Source of the DNA: an uncultured Flavobacteriaceae bacterium
Lineage (GTDB): Bacteria > Bacteroidota > Bacteroidia > Flavobacteriales > Flavobacteriaceae
DNA: 48,474 nucleotides
Assembly: GCA_964420345.1 (NCBI GenBank)
Contig: CAYQTF010000001.1
Coordinates: 1 to 48,474 of the forward strand
Direction of reading: 5' to 3'
The notes beneath the pieces are model-generated. The model had not been told where the DNA came from and ran no database searches. It saw nothing but the letters and a program-made list of their open reading frames with translations. This document shows positions 7,464 through 16,479 of this stretch, one piece after another; within the stretch, counting starts at the first letter, position 1, and each line of letters begins with the position of its first letter. Both the position numbers and the translations under genes were made by a program.

Positions 7464-8798
7464 TTATGCTGTTATTTCTATTACTTTACTTTTATTTTGT
7501 TGCTCTTTTATACGGTTTAAATTTTCTTTTACTTCACGCATTTTTTTACTTAATTGCAACGAGTTTTGCACTCCTTTTTTACCTACATATTGCAAAAATT
7601 GTATTTCGGTACTGTGTCCTGTTTGTCCGATAAGTAATGATGTTTCTATTAAATTGTAGTAATTAGTAGCAAAGGAACGTCTGCCAATATGTGAGGTAAC
7701 TGCTTTGTATTTAGGCACTTCTTTTATTTCATATCGGTTAGTTTTAGGGTTTTTAAATTGTGCTTTTACTAAATTCTCAATCTTCGCAATACGGCAAACT
7801 TCTTTTATTAGTTTATTATAAATAACTTCGTTACTATTTTTGTTTTTATAAAATACTGGTGGAAAGTGTCCGTTTCTTTTGTTTAGAATTTTTATAACCT
7901 CATCATCTAAAGAAATGCTAATTGGTTTTTGTGTTTTTTCTTGAATTATTTGTAATAAATATTCGCCATTTTGAAAAACAATATTTTCTTTTTTTAAATA
8001 TAAATTATCCGAAACCCTTTGTGCAGTATAACAACTAATAATTAACCAGTCTTTAGCAAGACCTAACTTTTCGTTTAAAATAGTAGTATCAATAATTTGT
8101 TGAATTTCATTAAACGACAAAGTAATATGTTCGGTGTTTTTATACTTTAAATTTTTTGCAATATATTTTAATTCAGTACTTGTGAATTTTCCGTTTTCTG
8201 ATGCAAAGTTGCAAATAGTTAATATTACTTTTAAAGTTTTTACTTTTGTATTGTGTGCATAACCATTGTCATCGCACCATTTTTGTAATGAAAAACTAAA
8301 TTTTTTATTAACCTCTTGTATGTAAATAGTTGTATTAAAATCATTTTGATAATTAATAACTCTGTTTTTAAATACATTTAGTTTTTTTAATGTCGATGCT
8401 TTTAATGAAGTCTTTTTAAAATCAATATAATAATCAAAGTACTCAATTAGTGTATTCGGTGTGTCAATTTTAGTAACTGGGTTTATAATTTCTTTTAACC
8501 AATCTGTATTTATTATTTCGTAATCTTTTTTATTGTTGTGTGCCTTTAATACATTTTTCTTAATTCTATTTAAGTTATCTTCTAATTCAATTAAATCTTT
8601 ATTGTCTAATTTAATTTGATTTTTAATTTCTGCATTCGCATTTTTTGGAGTAGTATTTAACTTAATTACACCTTTTTTAAAATTGTTTAGGTTTACTTTT
8701 AAATTAGTTGAAGTCTTGGCATAAATATTTGTATCTCTTAATCTGATATAAATATTTACTAATTCTTTTTTGCTTTGCGTGAAAAACGATATATTCAT
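7464..8798 (-). CDS. Tyrosine site-specific integrase
   Basis: 444 aa. Catalytic signature AQRVSD (Arg), HIGRRSFAT (His-x-x-Arg), GHSTEIQFLQYV (His ... Tyr). Long N-terminal arm and core-binding region. Adjacent to attR. Confidence 0.9.
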   Translation of the reverse strand: MNISFFTQSKKELVNIYIRLRDTNIYAKTSTNLKVNLNNFKKGVIKLNTTPKNANAEIKNQIKLDNKDLIELEDNLNRIKKNVLKAHNNKKDYEIINTDWLKEIINPVTKIDTPNTLIEYFDYYIDFKKTSLKASTLKKLNVFKNRVINYQNDFNTTIYIQEVNKKFSFSLQKWCDDNGYAHNTKVKTLKVILTICNFASENGKFTSTELKYIAKNLKYKNTEHITLSFNEIQQIIDTTILNEKLGLAKDWLIISCYTAQRVSDNLYLKKENIVFQNGEYLLQIIQEKTQKPISISLDDEVIKILNKRNGHFPPVFYKNKNSNEVIYNKLIKEVCRIAKIENLVKAQFKNPKTNRYEIKEVPKYKAVTSHIGRRSFATNYYNLIETSLLIGQTGHSTEIQFLQYVGKKGVQNSLQLSKKMREVKENLNRIKEQQNKSKVIEITA

Positions 8799-8848
8799 TT
8801 TGTAAATTTTGAACGATTTAACAATACAAATATAATCAAAATTTTACG

Positions 8849-8894
8849 TTTACGGACTAAATATCAAAAGTTAGTCCGTATTTAGTCCGTAAAT
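8849..8894. repeat. Integrase-proximal cluster of TAGTCCGTA motifs (one inverted plus the 24-bp direct repeat)
   Basis: TTTACGGACTAAATA (8849-8863) is the reverse complement of part of TTAGTCCGTATTTAGTCCGTAAAT (8871-8894). The latter is identical to 1705-1728. Confidence 0.6.
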
Positions 8895-9032
8895 CTACAA
8901 TTCCATTAAATACTATGCTATTTCATTAAATACTCGGCATCATTTAAAAACAAAGGGTTTGTGTTGTATTTATTGAGTTTGCTTAATGTTTTAAGGTGTT
9001 TCGAGAGTGTTAAAAAATGACCGATTGTGACT

Positions 9033-9045
9033 CTTCCGTGGTCAC
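9033..9045 (+). repeat. attR core: duplicated tRNA-Arg 3' end (CTTCCGTGGTCAC)
   Basis: Exact copy of 1636-1648. Confidence 0.8.
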
Positions 9046-9067
9046 ATTTTTAATCTTGCAAATTAGA

Positions 9068-11242
9068 TTAAATATTAAAATCCAAATCTAAGACATTAAA
9101 ATTATCAGAAGCTTTCACTAATAGAGTAGAACCAATAGTTTCAAAAAGTTGATTTGTTTTAAGAACAAACTCTGTTTGTTTTTCAATTTTATAGTTTGGT
9201 ATACCAATAATCGTTAAATCGGTTGCGGAAGATTCTTTAGCAATTAAATCATAAAATGGCGTTTCTTCAATAGCGTTATTTATAATTTTAATTTCTACCT
9301 TAACTCTAAGATCTTCCACTAATTTAGAGATTTTTAATTGGATTAATTTTTCGTTTTTATTACTATTATTTACAAATAAAACCCTTATATTAGTAGTATT
9401 CCATTTAGGAGATTCTAATATAAATCTAGCAATATTTAACATCATTTCTGCATTTTTACTGTCGGTTTCTCGCCACCAAAAATCAACGGTTTCGTGATTA
9501 CCAAATTTCGCTTTTTGATCAAAATCTAGATATAACAAATTGTAATCTAAATGTAATAAATTAGCAGTCATGTCTGCATAACCGTTAGAGTTTTCTAAAC
9601 CTTTTGGCCAACCCATCATAATGGTATTTGGTTCGACACCTGAAAATCCAAATATGGTTGCAATATTGGTAATACCTTCGTAAATATTACTTACTTTTAT
9701 TTGTCTTCCAAAAATATTTAAATCATTAAAAACAGAATTTCTAATTATTTGATCTGCTTTTTTTAGAGGTCTTTTAAGATTTTTATCTACAATTAAGTTA
9801 AAATTTGTGACAATTCCTGCTCTTCCAGAAATGGTTTTACTCAATTCTAAAAGATAGGTTTGATGTTTACTTTGGCCACTAAATAAGATTATATTCGGAT
9901 TCCAAATAGAATTTGAAGCTTCTTTGCCTTCAATTTTCTTAAGACCTTTACTTACTATTTTCTCCCAGACACTTCGCCAAACGTCATTATCCTGAATGCT
10001 AACTTGCTTTTTCTGCAACCAATAATGTAATAAACCAACTACAATAAATGCAGCAAACATTGCTAACATATCTAGTTTAAACATTACGGTAAAACATGCG
10101 AAAAAACCCAGTAAACCAATCCAACGTTTTATTTTAAATGTTGGTTGAAAATCTGGATTTGCCCAACTTTCTAAAAAATAAGAAATATTAATAAAACCGT
10201 ATGCAGTTAAATAAAACATAGATACAATACGAGCAATTACATCTAATTCACCAATTAATATTCCTGCTTCGGCTATAACAAAAACTAATAATAAAGCATT
10301 AATTGGTTCATTATTTTTTTTGCTGCCTTTACCAAATATTTTTGGAGTAACATTATCTAATGACATAGCTTGTAAAATTCTCGGCGCTCCTAAAATACCA
10401 CCAATTGCCGAAGATAAAGTTGCGCCCCAAATACCTGCAACTACTACAGGTGCGAAAAATGCCATTTTCATTAAAATATTATAATCCGTTTTTAATACTT
10501 CGGAATCTATTTTTAGGCTAATAAAAACAGCTAAAGTTATATAAACTATCAAACCAACACCTATTGCATATAACGTGCCTGTTGGGATCGATTTTTTAGG
10601 GTCTTCTAAGTCACCACTCATTGCAATACCTGCTGTAAAACCTGTTACTGCAGGGAAAAATATTGCAAAAACTACTTCGAGAGAAACTGAATTTTCACTT
10701 GCAAATAAATTTACAGTTTCTGGAGCAAATTCATTAGTACCAAAAAAGATAGAAATTAAAGAGATGATAATTGCAGCTAATATAAAAAACTGCGCTTTTA
10801 ATGCAACCGAAGTACTTATCAAAGCAAGTATAGTTAAAGCAATTAGAGCAATTGTACCTGTTATTCTAAAGTCATTTACCGTCATCCCGAAACCAAAAAA
10901 ACCATTAATACTTTCAGCAAATCCGATAAGATATAATGCAATAGAAAGTGCCGTACCAACATATAATGCAATACCAATTGAACCACCAATCGGGATTCCC
11001 ATACTTCTAGATAAGACATAGTAAATTCCGCCTGCACCAATTTTTTTATCGGTTGCAACCGAAGAAACGCTTAAACCTGTTGTAACAGCAATAATATGCG
11101 CAATTAAAATGATTGCTATAGCGCCAATAAGACCAGCATTACCAACAACCCAACCCAAACGCATATACATAATTACCCCTAAAATAGTTAGGATTGATGG
11201 AGTAAAAACTCCTGCAAAGGTTCCGAATTTTTTTGTCGACAT
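9068..11242 (-). CDS. APC-superfamily permease with large cytosolic C-terminal domain (SLC12 cation-chloride cotransporter-like)
   Basis: 724 aa. About 12 predicted TM helices in the N-terminal ~440 aa, followed by a ~280-aa soluble domain. Confidence 0.7.
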   Translation of the reverse strand: MSTKKFGTFAGVFTPSILTILGVIMYMRLGWVVGNAGLIGAIAIILIAHIIAVTTGLSVSSVATDKKIGAGGIYYVLSRSMGIPIGGSIGIALYVGTALSIALYLIGFAESINGFFGFGMTVNDFRITGTIALIALTILALISTSVALKAQFFILAAIIISLISIFFGTNEFAPETVNLFASENSVSLEVVFAIFFPAVTGFTAGIAMSGDLEDPKKSIPTGTLYAIGVGLIVYITLAVFISLKIDSEVLKTDYNILMKMAFFAPVVVAGIWGATLSSAIGGILGAPRILQAMSLDNVTPKIFGKGSKKNNEPINALLLVFVIAEAGILIGELDVIARIVSMFYLTAYGFINISYFLESWANPDFQPTFKIKRWIGLLGFFACFTVMFKLDMLAMFAAFIVVGLLHYWLQKKQVSIQDNDVWRSVWEKIVSKGLKKIEGKEASNSIWNPNIILFSGQSKHQTYLLELSKTISGRAGIVTNFNLIVDKNLKRPLKKADQIIRNSVFNDLNIFGRQIKVSNIYEGITNIATIFGFSGVEPNTIMMGWPKGLENSNGYADMTANLLHLDYNLLYLDFDQKAKFGNHETVDFWWRETDSKNAEMMLNIARFILESPKWNTTNIRVLFVNNSNKNEKLIQLKISKLVEDLRVKVEIKIINNAIEETPFYDLIAKESSATDLTIIGIPNYKIEKQTEFVLKTNQLFETIGSTLLVKASDNFNVLDLDFNI

Positions 11243-11351
11243 ACTTAATTGTTAATTAAAACATCAAATATAAGTGTTTAATTTAAATTGAAGAAGTTTC
11301 AATTTTGATATGATTAATTCAGTACTAAAAAGTTGAATTACAAGTATAAAA

Positions 11352-12302
11352 TTATTCAGAATGCGTATCGTTAAATACTATTATTTTATCTAAAATAGTC
11401 TTTGCCAATTTATATTTAGATTCCACAGTCCAACCAGCAATATGTGATGACAGTAAAACTTTGTCTGAATTAATTAAATATTTAAAAGCATTTGGTAAAT
11501 TATTGTCTGTAAAAAAGTTTTCAAAAGATAGTTTTTCATATTCTAATACATCTAAACATGCACCTAAAATTTTTTTATTTTCGAGTGCTTCAACTAAATC
11601 ATCGGTGATAATTGCAGTTCCTCTACCAGTATTAATAATGTAAAATGATTTTTTAAACTGATTAATAAATTCAGAATTAATCATTTTATTTGTTAACTTA
11701 GTATGTGGCATATGTAGGCTTAATACATCCGTTTTTCTAAATAGTTCCTCTAAATTAACTTGTTTAGCATTTTTGTCGCCAATATTTTCTTTAATATCGT
11801 AGCAAATTACTTCTGTATCAAAACCTTGTATTATTTTTGCGAAGGCTTTTCCCATATTTCCATAACCAATTATACCAACTGTTTTGCCTTCTAACTCTAA
11901 ACCTCTATTTTCTTCTCTTAACCATTTGCCTTTTCTTATTTCTTGATCTACTTTTTTCAGGTTATTAAATAAAGATAAAAGCATGCCTAAAGTGTGTTCT
12001 CCAACAGCATTCCTATTTCCTTCAGGAGCAGCAATTAAATGTATGTTTTTGCTTTTTGCGTAATTAATATCAATACTTTCTAATCCTGCACCAACTCTAG
12101 CTATAAACTTTAAATTAATTGCTTTATCAATAAATTGTTTATCAATTTTAAATCTACTTCGGATAATAATGCCATCATATAGATGAATTTTTTCTTCTAT
12201 TTGTTCTTTAGTTGAATTGAAATCATCATCACAAGAAAAATCTAATTTTTCTAAACCATTTTTAAGTATGGAATGATTGTTATCTGCTATTAAAATTCTC
12301 AT
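11352..12302 (-). CDS. D-isomer-specific 2-hydroxyacid dehydrogenase (phosphoglycerate dehydrogenase-like)
   Basis: NAD-binding GIIGYGNMGKAF. Catalytic-region motifs NTGRG, LDVLEYE, SSHIAGWT. Confidence 0.8.
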   Translation of the reverse strand: MRILIADNNHSILKNGLEKLDFSCDDDFNSTKEQIEEKIHLYDGIIIRSRFKIDKQFIDKAINLKFIARVGAGLESIDINYAKSKNIHLIAAPEGNRNAVGEHTLGMLLSLFNNLKKVDQEIRKGKWLREENRGLELEGKTVGIIGYGNMGKAFAKIIQGFDTEVICYDIKENIGDKNAKQVNLEELFRKTDVLSLHMPHTKLTNKMINSEFINQFKKSFYIINTGRGTAIITDDLVEALENKKILGACLDVLEYEKLSFENFFTDNNLPNAFKYLINSDKVLLSSHIAGWTVESKYKLAKTILDKIIVFNDTHSE

Positions 12303-12476
12303 TGTATTATGTGTAATATTATTTCAAAAATTATAAGATATATTTATTTTTTGTTAAAAATATAATAATATCACAAGAATAATTTTTTATATCCAAATAT
12401 TTTATTATATTTGTGTGTAATTTAGTTTTAAAAAATTAAATTTTTAAAGAGATTTGAGGGGGATTTTCTTTAAATT

Positions 12477-12511
12477 AAAAGGTCAAAATACGTAATGTAG
12501 ATTGACCTTTT
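12477..12511 (-). terminator. Terminator after atpG (hairpin usable on both strands)
   Basis: AAAAGGTCAA/TTGACCTTTT stem with T-runs on both sides. Located 28 nt past the atpG stop. Confidence 0.6.
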
Positions 12512-12538
12512 TTATTTTATGATTATTTAAAAATATGA

Positions 12539-13399
12539 TTAACTGTTTAAAGCTTCTGCTCCACCAACTATTTCTAGTATCTCACTTGTAATTGCTGTTT
12601 GTCTTGCTTTATTGTATTGTAATAACAATTCATCTCTTAAATTACCAGCATTATCTGTTGCTTTATGCATGGCAGTCATTCTTGCACCATGTTCAGAAGC
12701 ATACGAATCTCTAATTGCTTTAAACAACTGTGTTTTTAAAGATTTAGGTATTAAACCTTCAATAATTTCCTGTTTAGAAGGTTCGTAAATATAATCTAAA
12801 TTAGAAGATGTTTCTGTAACGGTTTGTGCAATTGGTAAAAATTGCTCTGTAGTTACAATCTGAGTTGCAGCGTTCTTGAATTTATTATAAACAAGTTCGA
12901 TTTTATCAAAAGAACCATCAATATATAACGCCATTAATTTATCTGCAATTTCAGCAACGTTTTTAAAAGTTAAATCATCAAAAATGGCACTTTTATTATC
13001 AATTACATTTTGTGTTTTAACTAAAATATCATTTCCTTTCTTACCGATAGTTAATAAAGAAACTTCTTTATCATAGTATTTGTTCTCTACAATTTTAATC
13101 GTTTCTTTAATTATGGAAGAATTAAAACCACCACATAAACCTCTATTAGAAGTAATAGCAACTAATAATACCTTGTTAACTTCTCTTTCTGTGGTATAAG
13201 CGCCACCAATGTCACCATCTAATGTTGCACTTAAGTTTTGCAATAATTCGGTTAACTTATTTGCGTATGGACGCATTGCAGTAATTGCATCTTGCGCTTT
13301 TTTCAACTTTGCAGCAGATACCATTTTCATGGCGCTTGTAATCTGCATGGTTGAACCAATAGAAGTAATCCGATTACGTATTTCTTTTAAGTTTGCCAT
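12539..13399 (-). CDS. atpG: F0F1 ATP synthase subunit gamma
   Basis: MANLKEIRNRI ... ITSEILEIVGGAEAL, typical gamma termini. Operon context. Confidence 0.95.
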   Translation of the reverse strand: MANLKEIRNRITSIGSTMQITSAMKMVSAAKLKKAQDAITAMRPYANKLTELLQNLSATLDGDIGGAYTTEREVNKVLLVAITSNRGLCGGFNSSIIKETIKIVENKYYDKEVSLLTIGKKGNDILVKTQNVIDNKSAIFDDLTFKNVAEIADKLMALYIDGSFDKIELVYNKFKNAATQIVTTEQFLPIAQTVTETSSNLDYIYEPSKQEIIEGLIPKSLKTQLFKAIRDSYASEHGARMTAMHKATDNAGNLRDELLLQYNKARQTAITSEILEIVGGAEALNS

Positions 13400-13401
13400 A
13401 T

Positions 13402-13470
13402 TTCAGTGTTCAGTGTTCAGTGTTCAGTGTTCAGCGGATGTTTTCTGACCACTGAACACTGAGTACTGAA
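13402..13470. repeat. Heptamer array (TTCAGTG x4 plus 1 degenerate) with three inverted heptamers, filling the atpA-atpG spacer
   Basis: TTCAGTG at 13402, 13409, 13416 and 13423; TTCAGCG at 13430. CACTGAA, CACTGAG and TACTGAA at 13450-13470. Confidence 0.85.
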
Positions 13471-13471
13471 T

Positions 13472-15049
13472 TTAATTATATTTAGCTGATACTTCTTTTG
13501 CTACATCGTTTAAAACGTCAATAACATCATCTGTTAATTTACCAGATTTTAAAACGTCTAATTCTGCTCTGTGTTTAGAAGTTAAAAAGGATAAAAAGTC
13601 TGTTTCAAATTCTTTTACTTTATTTACAGGTACATTTTTCAATAAATTTTTTGAACCAGCAAAAATAATTGCTACTTGTTCTTCTACTGACATTGGATCG
13701 TTTTGTGCTTGTTTTAAAATCTCCACATTACGTCTTCCTTTTTCAATTACGTTTAATGTTGCAGCATCTAAATCAGAACCAAATTTTGCAAAAGCTTCTA
13801 ATTCTCTAAACTGTGCTTGATCTAATTTTAAAGTACCTGATACTTTTTTCATAGATTTAATTTGCGCATTACCACCAACACGAGATACCGAAATACCTAC
13901 GTTAATTGCTGGTCTAATACCAGAGTTAAATAAATCTATATCTAAAAATATTTGTCCGTCAGTAATCGAAATTACGTTTGTTGGAATATATGCAGATACA
14001 TCACCTGCTTGTGTTTCAATAATTGGTAAAGCTGTTAATGAACCGCCACCTTTTACTAAGCCTTTTAAAGAATCTGGTACATCATTCATTTTTGCAGCAA
14101 TTCCGTTATCGTTTATTACTTTTGCAGCACGTTCTAATAATCTAGAGTGTAAATAAAACACATCACCTGGATATGCTTCACGACCTGGCGGACGTCTTAA
14201 TAATAAAGAAATCTCACGGTATGCAACAGCTTGTTTAGATAAATCATCATAAACAATTAATGCTGGTTTACCTAAATCTCTAAAGTATTCACCAATTGCA
14301 GCACCTGCAAACGGTGCATAAACTTGCATTGCTGCAGGTTCTGATGCGTTAGCAGCAACAATAGTTGTATAAGCCATTGCGCCTTTTTCTTCTAGCATAG
14401 CATAAATACCTGCAACAGTCGATGCTTTTTGACCAATTGCAACATATATACAATAAACTGGTTCGCCTGCATCGTAAAATTCTTTCTGATTAATAATCGT
14501 ATCTAAAGCAACAGTACTTTTACCAGTTTGCCTATCACCAATAATCAACTCACGCTGACCTCTACCAACAGGAATCATTGCATCAACTGCTTTTAAACCT
14601 GTTTGTAATGGTTCGGTTACTGGTTCTCTAAAAATAACTCCAGGTGCTTTACGTTCTAAAGGCATTTCGTAAGTTTTACCTTGAATTGGTCCTTTACCAT
14701 CAATAGGTTGACCAAGTGTATCTACTACACGACCAACAATTCCGTGACCAACTTTTAAAGAAGCAATACGTTCTGTTCTTTTTACAGAAGATCCTTCTCT
14801 AATGTCTGTAGAAAACCCTAAAAGTACCACGCCAACATTATCATCTTCTAAATTAAGTACGATTCCTTCAATACCGCCATCAAATTCAACTAATTCACCG
14901 TACTGTACATTTTCTAATCCGAAAACACGTGCGATTCCATCACCTACTTGAAGTACAGTTCCTACTTCGTTTAAAGATGCTTTGTCATCAAAATTTGATA
15001 ATTGTTCTTTTAAAATTGCAGATACTTCTGCTGGTTTAATTGTTGCCAT
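13472..15049 (-). CDS. atpA: F0F1 ATP synthase subunit alpha
   Basis: Walker A GDRQTGKS; highly conserved alpha-subunit sequence throughout. Confidence 0.97.
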   Translation of the reverse strand: MATIKPAEVSAILKEQLSNFDDKASLNEVGTVLQVGDGIARVFGLENVQYGELVEFDGGIEGIVLNLEDDNVGVVLLGFSTDIREGSSVKRTERIASLKVGHGIVGRVVDTLGQPIDGKGPIQGKTYEMPLERKAPGVIFREPVTEPLQTGLKAVDAMIPVGRGQRELIIGDRQTGKSTVALDTIINQKEFYDAGEPVYCIYVAIGQKASTVAGIYAMLEEKGAMAYTTIVAANASEPAAMQVYAPFAGAAIGEYFRDLGKPALIVYDDLSKQAVAYREISLLLRRPPGREAYPGDVFYLHSRLLERAAKVINDNGIAAKMNDVPDSLKGLVKGGGSLTALPIIETQAGDVSAYIPTNVISITDGQIFLDIDLFNSGIRPAINVGISVSRVGGNAQIKSMKKVSGTLKLDQAQFRELEAFAKFGSDLDAATLNVIEKGRRNVEILKQAQNDPMSVEEQVAIIFAGSKNLLKNVPVNKVKEFETDFLSFLTSKHRAELDVLKSGKLTDDVIDVLNDVAKEVSAKYN

Positions 15050-15056
15050 AATTTTT

Positions 15057-15106
15057 GTCTTTGGTCTTTAGTCTTTAATCTTTGGTCTAGAAACTAAAGA
15101 CCAAAG
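15057..15106. repeat. Heptamer array (GTCTTTG/GTCTTTA/GTCTTTA/ATCTTTG) plus a 13-bp perfect inverted repeat in the atpH-atpA spacer
   Basis: CTTTGGTCTTTAG (15059-15071) is the exact reverse complement of CTAAAGACCAAAG (15094-15106). Confidence 0.85.
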
Positions 15107-15126
15107 GCAAATGACTACTTATCTAA

Positions 15127-15678
15127 TTATATTTTTGCTTCGTAATGATTTGTATCGAAATTTCTTCGTAGGTTATTTAATTTACCTTTTATACTTGCGT
15201 CGAATTGTTTGTCGCCTACTTGTAATATAAATCCACCTACAATAGATTCATCTACAATATTTTCTACCGTAACATCTTTATTAGTTAATTCCTTAACTTT
15301 TGAAAGTACTTTGCTTTTTAAATCGTCCGTAAGTGGAATAGCAGTTGTTACTTTTGCAATTTCTACACCTTGTAATTTATCAAATAATAAAGTGTATTGT
15401 TTTGCTACAAATGGTAATAGCATTAATCTTTTATTGGAAACTAATATTTTTATTACACCTTGTGTTATGGTATTTACTTTAGTCGAAAATAAACTATCTA
15501 ATACCTTAATTTTTGCATTTGCTTTTAAAACAGGATTATTTAAAAATGTTTTTAAATCTTCATTTTCTGAAATAGTTTGTGCAATTAATAACATATTGTC
15601 ATTAACTTCTGCAGTATTTTTTTGATCTTTTGCAAGATTTATTACTGCCTTAGCGTATCTTAATGCTGCTCTATTCAT
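15127..15678 (-). CDS. atpH: F0F1 ATP synthase subunit delta
   Basis: Size and position between atpF and atpA. OSCP-like C-terminus (VGGFILQVGDKQFDASIKGKL). Confidence 0.9.
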   Translation of the reverse strand: MNRAALRYAKAVINLAKDQKNTAEVNDNMLLIAQTISENEDLKTFLNNPVLKANAKIKVLDSLFSTKVNTITQGVIKILVSNKRLMLLPFVAKQYTLLFDKLQGVEIAKVTTAIPLTDDLKSKVLSKVKELTNKDVTVENIVDESIVGGFILQVGDKQFDASIKGKLNNLRRNFDTNHYEAKI

Positions 15679-15682
15679 GGTC

Positions 15683-16177
15683 TTAGTTTAAAGTAACATC
15701 TTTAAGTAAACTATCTATTAATTGTAATTGCTTATCTTTATCAGATAGTTCGTTTTGCATAATTTTTTCAGCAATGCTAACAGATAATTCTCCCATTTGG
15801 TTTTTCATTTCTGTAATTGCTTTTACTTTTTCGTTTTGGATTGCTTTTTTTACTTTATCCATTTCTATTTGAGATTGTGCTTTTGCTTCTTCTTTAGCTT
15901 CAGAAATCATGCTTTCTTTCATTTCACGCGCATCTTTTAACATGCCATCTCTTCCTGCTCTTGCTTCTTTTAAAATCTTTTCATTATCCGATTTTAAATT
16001 TCGCATTTCTTGACGAGCTTTATCCGCTTCAGCTAATGCTTTTATAATAGATTCTTCTCTTTCGCTAACAGCACCAAGAATTGGTTTCCATGCCATTTTT
16101 TTTAATAGAAAAAATAGAATTCCAAAGGTTAAAGTAGTCCAAAAAATAAGTCCAATTGCAGGAGTAATTAATTCCAT
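15683..16177 (-). CDS. atpF: F0F1 ATP synthase subunit b
   Basis: Single N-terminal TM helix followed by a long charged helix. Operon position. Confidence 0.9.
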   Translation of the reverse strand: MELITPAIGLIFWTTLTFGILFFLLKKMAWKPILGAVSEREESIIKALAEADKARQEMRNLKSDNEKILKEARAGRDGMLKDAREMKESMISEAKEEAKAQSQIEMDKVKKAIQNEKVKAITEMKNQMGELSVSIAEKIMQNELSDKDKQLQLIDSLLKDVTLN

Positions 16178-16253
16178 TTTATATTTTTTTAAGTTTTATA
16201 ATAATAATTTAAATAAAAAATAAGATGCAACCAACCGTTACATCTTACTTTTT

Positions 16254-16472
<219 letters not shown>

Positions 16473-16479
16473 TTAATAA

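Larger units (their letters stand above)
1636..9045. mobile_element. Integrated ~7.4-kb element in the 3' end of tRNA-Arg (non-conjugative integrative element or satellite-like island)
   Basis: Exact 13-bp direct repeat CTTCCGTGGTCAC at 1636-1648 (tRNA 3' end) and 9033-9045. Tyrosine integrase at the right end reading inward. Xis-type HTH, RteC-like, Rep-like, TA pair and XRE genes lie inside. Confidence 0.8.

Noticed and set aside
1636-9045. Calling the tRNA-Arg island a prophage or an ICE
   Set aside because: At 7.4 kb it has no capsid, terminase, tail or lysis ORFs and no relaxase, T4CP or T4SS ORFs in any frame. Only integration, regulation, Rep-like, TA and small unknown genes are present.
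10575-11021. 148-aa plus-strand ORF inside the permease gene. Similar antisense ORFs lie at 379-588, 5975-6211, 11461-11643, 13209-13448, 15209-15625, 18457-18642, 18697-18962, 19132-19320, 20565-20792, 22117-22323, 22483-22698, 25371-25643, 25909-26157, 27695-27952, 30328-30813, 33597-34028, 37230-37454, 39759-40140, 43388-43669, 43943-44191 and 44456-44830.
   Set aside because: These are shadow ORFs antisense to well-supported conserved genes. They have low-complexity or hydrophobic compositions typical of AT-rich antisense frames and no independent signals.
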